DNA from: a virus
Virus record (IMG/VR): IMGVR_UViG_3300032770_000009
Coordinates: 1-64,000 of that record
DNA: 64,000 nucleotides
Reading direction: 5' to 3' (one strand)
Part shown: in pieces, positions 58,307-64,000 of the stretch
Position numbering within the stretch: the stretch's first letter is position 1
Layout of the letters: each line of letters starts with the position of its first letter
The notes under the pieces: generated by a model
Databases searched by the model: none
What the model was told of the DNA's origin: nothing
The model's input: the letters and a program-made list of their open reading frames with translations, nothing else
Position numbers and translations under genes: made by a program

Positions 58307-58823
58307 GCTATGGACATCATAAAAGGAAGTAATGTAAAAGTTACCCTTAAAGGTATCGTGACGGAAGTAGTTCAGGGAGGATTTTGGATCAAGCACCCAG
58401 ATAGTCCTAACTCAAGTTTCATCTACACGGGTCATGGGGTCACTGTAGAAGACATGCCCCTAGAAAGCCCAGAGAGCCAATCTGGGAGGGTTTATAAGCT
58501 AGACGAGTCCGGGGCAGCAGTTAGGGCTTAAAGTCGATCAGCGTGGCTGTACGGGCCTTACAGGAGGTACTATGAACAAGGAAGAGATCGTAGATGAGAT
58601 ACATAAAAAATTTTATTCCGAAACTAGCCTTGAGCCGCTTCGCCAGGCATATGATTTCGGTTACGAAGAAGGCTACCGTGACGGCTTCAAAGATGGTCAG
58701 TACGAAGCGGATCACGGATACCGGGAATGAAATAGACCAGGTGTGGTCGGACGCTGAGATAGGATACTATCTAAGGCAGATAGCTGACAAGATAGACCCT
58801 AATCCTCAGTTCAAGGAGATTTA

Positions 58824-59778
58824 ATGAAATGCGGTTTCAAATGCCCCTCATGCGGTGGAAATTGCAGTAAGGACTCGGTATCCGGTCTGCACTACTGTAA
58901 AACTCACGGCTTGTGGCCTAAGATGAAGTAGGCGGCAAATGCGAGCTAATCTTATAAAACTTATGATACCGAAACAGTGCCCGGAAGAATGCGGCACATG
59001 TCATCATCAGTGCATACAAGACAAAGGTCATAATGTAAAAAAGAAAAAACATATATGCTTCTACGGCCATGAGTGGCAGTAATGGAAAAATTCTGCATGA
59101 TGCCGTGTCCTTACTGTGATAGCTGCTGTCAGTTGCTGTGGCTGCACATACCAATGGTTGTAGAGCATGTATGCGCTAGAAGGCACAGGTACACAAACGA
59201 TGACGTGCTCAAGCCAGTGTGAAAAATGCGAAGGTATATGCACTCAGCTCAGCAAACATGAAATGCACAAGTGCCCTGTAGGACACAAATGGAAAAACGA
59301 ATGGTGGGAAGAATAATTTCCAAGATAGAGGACTAAATTTGCGTAGGTCCATACTGAAAACGCCGTGCTCTAAATGCGGATGCTGGCATGACATAAGAGG
59401 CGCAAGACCTCACTGTGAAAATTGCAACTGCAATCATGTAGGAGCGGGCAGCCGTGTAAACGGTAAATGCCCGTGCTGCGGATACTGATGCCAAGGCTTA
59501 AACTACCGCCTGGAATACCCGACCAGTGCGAAGAAACAAACAGATGCCCTGTATGCGGCGATGACTGTATAGAATACAAAGGGCACAGACCGAAAATAAA
59601 ACATCTGTGCATTAAATGGCATGAATGGGAGTAGAAAATGGCAAGAAAACCGTGTCCTGAAAAATGCCCTGTATGCGGAGGACAATGCCGGTGGACAGCG
59701 GGACATGTGATACTGGACAACACATGGCACCAGTGCTATGTCAACGTTACGCATCCATGGCCTAAAACAGAAGACTAA
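58824..59778 (+). CDS. Tandem run of Cys/His microprotein genes (58824-58931, 58963-59082, 59082-59222, 59200-59316, 59488-59634, 59638-59778)
   Basis: Manually translated and below the ORF-track size cutoff; overlapping start/stop codons; shared Cys/His spacing. Confidence 0.7.
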
Positions 59779-60162
59779 ATAAGAAGGGAGGATGAAATGA
59801 GAAAATACGTGATGCTTTACCTGTTCGGGGTTGTCATGTTCTACGTGTTGCAGTCAGTAAGCCCCGCACTTGGTTTCATGACTATGGCTGCTTCATTTAG
59901 TCTTCCCTTCCTTAAATACTCACTGCGGGCAGCCAGAATAGAAGACGAAAGATGCAGGAGTGAAAATCTCAGGGGAATACGCTGATGGTTGACTGCAACT
60001 ACAAGTGGACTAATACTGACCCCAACGCAGAAAGAGGACCCGACGGCAAGAAACTGCACCCTTTTCACATATGCACTAACTTGGCTCACGCTTTGGGAAC
60101 GCACAAATGCAAATGCGGTGTAATCAAAGTTAAAGACAAAAGAAATTGAAAAAGGAGGAGAC

Positions 60163-60558
60163 ATGGATTATTTCCACAAAGGCGATCTTGTTACGGTCAC
60201 TATCAGGAACTTTAAGGTTATGGAAGACGACAGTCTGAGAGGTGTTCACGACGGCATAGCATATTCAACAAGAGCAGGAAGAATATCTGACGAAATTTTC
60301 CTGTCACAGTACAGCGGAGAAATCTCAGCTGTCAAGGAAACACGTGCCAGCGATTTCCGTCCGAAGGTAGGAGATATCTATAAGGCAGACGGCAAGATCT
60401 GGTATGTCAGGAAATACAACGGTTACAGCGGCACAGTAGTAATCGAAGACGGAGAAGGAAACTCTTACTCTGACGACAAGTACAACTTGAGCAACGAACT
60501 GGAAAGTTTCGGAAGGAAAATGCCCAGGCTACTGGTAAGAGACGGCAAGGAGGTTTAA
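60163..60558 (+). CDS. Hypothetical protein (WPP-x-x-DVW family)
   Basis: FRPKVGDIYKADGKIWY...LLVRDG; SD AAGGAGG. Confidence 0.65.
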   Translation: MDYFHKGDLVTVTIRNFKVMEDDSLRGVHDGIAYSTRAGRISDEIFLSQYSGEISAVKETRASDFRPKVGDIYKADGKIWYVRKYNGYSGTVVIEDGEGNSYSDDKYNLSNELESFGRKMPRLLVRDGKEV

Positions 60559-61429
60559 TGAGCAGTCACAGATGCCAGGAAAAATGCTGCAAATGCGATT
60601 ATCAGTGCTGTCTTCTGAAAGACCACGCAGGGTACGAGTTCATAAAGAAGCACTATTGCTCAGTGCATTTCTACATGGTAGATCCAAGACCGTCTGAGTA
60701 AAAGGAAACATGTCGAAACTAAGCAGAGAACAGCAGGCATCAAAAAACGGGGGATGGTATTCCTGCACTTCCAAATGCCCTAAATGCGGCAGGGAATGCA
60801 GCACGTTCACAGGAAGAACTCCCTCCGCTGAACATGAAAAGCACATGTACTCCTCTATGCCAGCGCACTCTAAAATAAGAGGCGGCGACAATCACAAGTG
60901 CACTAGCTGCTGGGTGTACTGGGCATAGTCTAGCAAAGGAAAAATACAATGGGTATGAGAAAAAACAACAACGGCCGGTGCCCTTCACGATGTGACAGAG
61001 GGAAACTTACCGACAGATGCACAAACCAGTGCAATCTACAGATCAACCATCACCGTGATTTCTATTACGATGACGATGATAACAAGATTCCGCAGACACC
61101 AAAGAAAATGCACGACTGCGGCAAGCACTAATGGCTAATATTGACCCAGACTGCACTTATCAGCAGTGCGGGCACAGAAGAGGCAGCACTACAGGACCGC
61201 ACTGTATTGACGAAAAATGCCCCAACTGGGTTAACAAATGCGAGAAACACCGTACAGACGGCAAGAATGGAAGTACAATGCCATGGAGATCAAGGAAGCC
61301 TGACAAGTGAGTAACGTATGCGGGATACAGTGCCCTTACTGCGAAGGGCACTGTAAAATTAAACACAAATACAAGCCGCAGCATCATATATGTGATACGA
61401 ATGATTTCCATACATGGACAACTAGTTAG
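60558..61429 (+). CDS. Second run of Cys/His microprotein genes (60558-60701, 60710-60928, 60949-61131, 61131-61310, 61307-61429)
   Basis: Manual translation; coupled start/stop codons. Confidence 0.65.
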
Positions 61430-61437
61430 GAGCAGCA

Positions 61438-61968
61438 GTGACTGACGTGGTACTTTGCGAAAACAAATGGGTTTCGCTTATAGAAAGAACACTAGACGGA
61501 CATGACCCTTACGTGTACTCCCATGAAACCAGATGCCAGGGAAGAATAGTCGCGCTGCTTCCTTACAGGGTTAAAGTTGTCAAAGGCATCTGGGAAAACA
61601 CAGAATACAGGGAATATCTAGTTAAAAGCGAGATGACCCCGTGCTGGACCCCGGAAAGGATATACAGTGCTATCACAGGAGGATACGAAGGCGGTGACAT
61701 AGCCGATGACGCTGTTAAGGAAATGCTAGAAGAAACCGGCTATGTTATAGACAAAGACGAACTAATAAGTCTGGGGACAAGTTACGCCAGCAAAAGCTCT
61801 GACACCGTATACAGCCTGTTTACCGTAGATCTTACCGACAAGCAACCGGGAGATGCTAACGGAGACGGAACCGAAGAAACACAGCAGTCAGTATGGATCA
61901 GCGGCGAGGAAATAAAAATGATACAAGACCCGCAAGTATCCGTTATGTACATCCGGTTGCAGCACTGA
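61438..61968 (+). CDS. Nudix hydrolase
   Basis: Nudix box GGYEGGDIADDAVKEMLEETGY. Confidence 0.85.
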   Translation: MTDVVLCENKWVSLIERTLDGHDPYVYSHETRCQGRIVALLPYRVKVVKGIWENTEYREYLVKSEMTPCWTPERIYSAITGGYEGGDIADDAVKEMLEETGYVIDKDELISLGTSYASKSSDTVYSLFTVDLTDKQPGDANGDGTEETQQSVWISGEEIKMIQDPQVSVMYIRLQH

Positions 61969-61983
61969 AATAAAGGAGGAACA

Positions 61984-62115
61984 ATGGGACTTATAATGTG
62001 CGATGCGAAATGCCCGTCATGCGGAGACAAATGCCAGTGGACAAAATCATGGCACGCCAGATATCCGGGTGACGGTCATGTATGCAAGAGATACAAGCAT
62101 TTGTGGCCGAGATAG
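61984..62115 (+). CDS. Cys/His microprotein
   Basis: MGLIMCDAKCPSCGDKCQWTKSWHARYPGDGHVCKRYKHLWPR; SD AAGGAGG. Confidence 0.7.
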   Translation: MGLIMCDAKCPSCGDKCQWTKSWHARYPGDGHVCKRYKHLWPR

Positions 62116-63720
62116 GAAAATCAGATGACTGAAGAAATACAGCAAGCCTACCGTGATCTAGACGCGGCGCTCACACGTATCAAAAACACCAAGCCGGGAA
62201 AAACAACTAGCGGACTGGAAGCACTGTACGGCAACGCATACTCCAGACTAGTACGACTCGGTGAGCGGCCTAAACTAAGAGGAAAATACAGGATTCAGTA
62301 AATGGCTGAAGAAATGTTCAGCAGCGAAGAAATCCGTACAATAATGTATGAAGTTAACGCTCCAGGAATGCTGAAAGTAAAAGACAGATACGGGATGCCG
62401 GTACTAATACCCGCCCAGTCAGTCACAGAAATATTCCCTAACTGGGAAGGTAAAATACACTACAAAACAGCAGGCGGCTCATACTACACCGGCCCCTACA
62501 GGCATACCTACGAAATACGAAACGAACTGGAACGAGTAGCAACACTAATAGCTTAAGACTCCAGCAAGGAAAAACAATGACACTTAAACCAGGAAACAGA
62601 ATAGGCATCCCCAAATGTACCTGTCAGTGGACAGACAGAGGCGACTACGAAGGGCAAGGCGGAAAAGGGCCAAAAGATTCTGATATGGAAAGAAGAGAGT
62701 GGATGGGCAAAACATACTATCGTCTGATAACTAGTCATGACTGCCCAGTACACAGTTAGGAAAATTCATGAAAATAAAACAGCGCTTCAGTGAACTGATG
62801 ACGGTATTAATGGTCATAGGAGACCAGATTATGGGCTTGAGGCAGGATATAACAGAACTTAGGAAAGAGCTGGCGGAATACAACGGCAGAGAAGCTAAAG
62901 ATATTACGATGCGCTGGGAGTAAACAGGCTCGCCGCCACCTAAATAGAAAGAAGGAACATGGAACAACTAAAACCAGTAGTACAAACTAATGATGTAAAT
63001 TTTGGATACAAGCTGAAAAGGCTGCTGGAACTAAACCCAGGTAAGCTAATCAGAAACACTAGTCTATCAACAGCGCTATCTTGTGCTACAAGTCAAATCA
63101 CAGGAGCTATAACACATCTAAATAGAAGACTAGACACGGACGTGCATTTCGTAGCTCAGGAAATACCAGGAGCACCAAGAGGACTGTACTACTATGGCCC
63201 GAAAATTCAGCAGGATGAACTACTAAAGATGCTGGATACATATACAGGTGTAGATGACCTAGAGATTCCCTGGTAATGTGCTACAACCAAATTTAAGCTA
63301 AAAACCAGCCGATTATCACTTATGGTAGTCGGTTTTGGTGTTTCTAAGGCAAAAGCAAGTGTTTAACGTATGTAAAAATCAAACACTTTTCCTTCCACTG
63401 GCTACTGAGAGTGACAATGATAGTAGTCTGAATGTGCTACATATAATGCCATACCACCCTTATGTACTGTCTAACTGAGTCTAAAATCCCTGCGTCTCTA
63501 AAAATTTTACGACCCTATCTACTGTTTTACTGTAAAATTGCTAAAACATTCAACTCAGATCTGGTCTCCCCCACTCTCAGAAACGGACATTAAGGATGGG
63601 GGGGTACATAACGGACATTAACTGTAACGGGATGATAACGAAATGGATGTGTGACTTGACAATGCAATACTTGTATGAATGTGAATGTGTGCAGAGTATG
63701 TATGCATGTCTATGTCGTCA

Positions 63721-63736
63721 TGTTTCACGTGAAACT
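63721..63736. promoter_or_regulatory. parS-like palindrome
   Basis: TGTTTCACGTGAAACT, 15/16 match to the bacterial parS consensus TGTTTCACGTGAAACA. Confidence 0.6.
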
Positions 63737-64000
63737 TGGAGGAAATTGCTGCCTGGCTATATTACGTGTGTATACGCATATATCTATGTTGTGTTAATCA
63801 TACTCATGTTAGTTACTGGTTATATTTAAGGGTATTAATAATTCTAGTGGGCGGCGGCAGAGAGTAACGGGTTATTGCTAAAAGTAACTCCCCTCTGTAC
63901 GGGGCAGAGGGGAGGCTAGGAGCGGCTGAACTAGTGGGGGGTTGTCCGGGTACCTAGGGACTGGTCTAGATGGCTTAGCGTGTCTCTGCGGCCCATCCAA

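Noticed and set aside
58918-62967. Minus-strand ORFs in the right arm
   Set aside because: Antisense shadows of the tightly coupled plus-strand microprotein genes.
1-64000. Genome-wide stop-codon reassignment
   Set aside because: TAA, TAG and TGA all end well-formed genes and long genes are uninterrupted; only one internal TGA was seen and no canonical suppressor tRNA.

Overview
This window is a 64-kb slice of a large myovirus-type phage, probably an actinobacteriophage, with moderate GC (about 42% by eye). From 1 to about 32.9 kb on the minus strand is a virion module: tape measure with NlpC/P60 and lytic-transglycosylase domains, tail tube, sheath, head-tail proteins, major capsid, scaffold, portal, a large block of fibre/beta-helix proteins, large terminase and lysis genes. 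From about 35 to 53 kb on the minus strand is an RNA-centred region with 32 canonical tRNAs covering all 20 amino acids, a Ro60/TROVE gene, a vWA gene, HAD phosphatases, a DEDD exoribonuclease and homing endonucleases. The standout is an array of ten Y-RNA-like units directly upstream of Ro60 (40402-41990). All share a closing helix with GGUGC..UACUUC motifs, but each carries a different tRNA-derived cargo, opened at a different point of the cloverleaf, and several keep an anticodon loop. Other oddities: a free-standing circularly permuted tRNA-like element, a tRNA split by an endonuclease cassette, several unexplained structured RNAs between tRNAs, a GCU-UGA-GCU candidate stop-hop in a tail gene, at least 11 paralogous Cys/His microproteins mostly on the plus-strand arm (55-63 kb), and a host-type parS palindrome. 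All calls come from reading the sequence by eye; no searches or folding programs were run.
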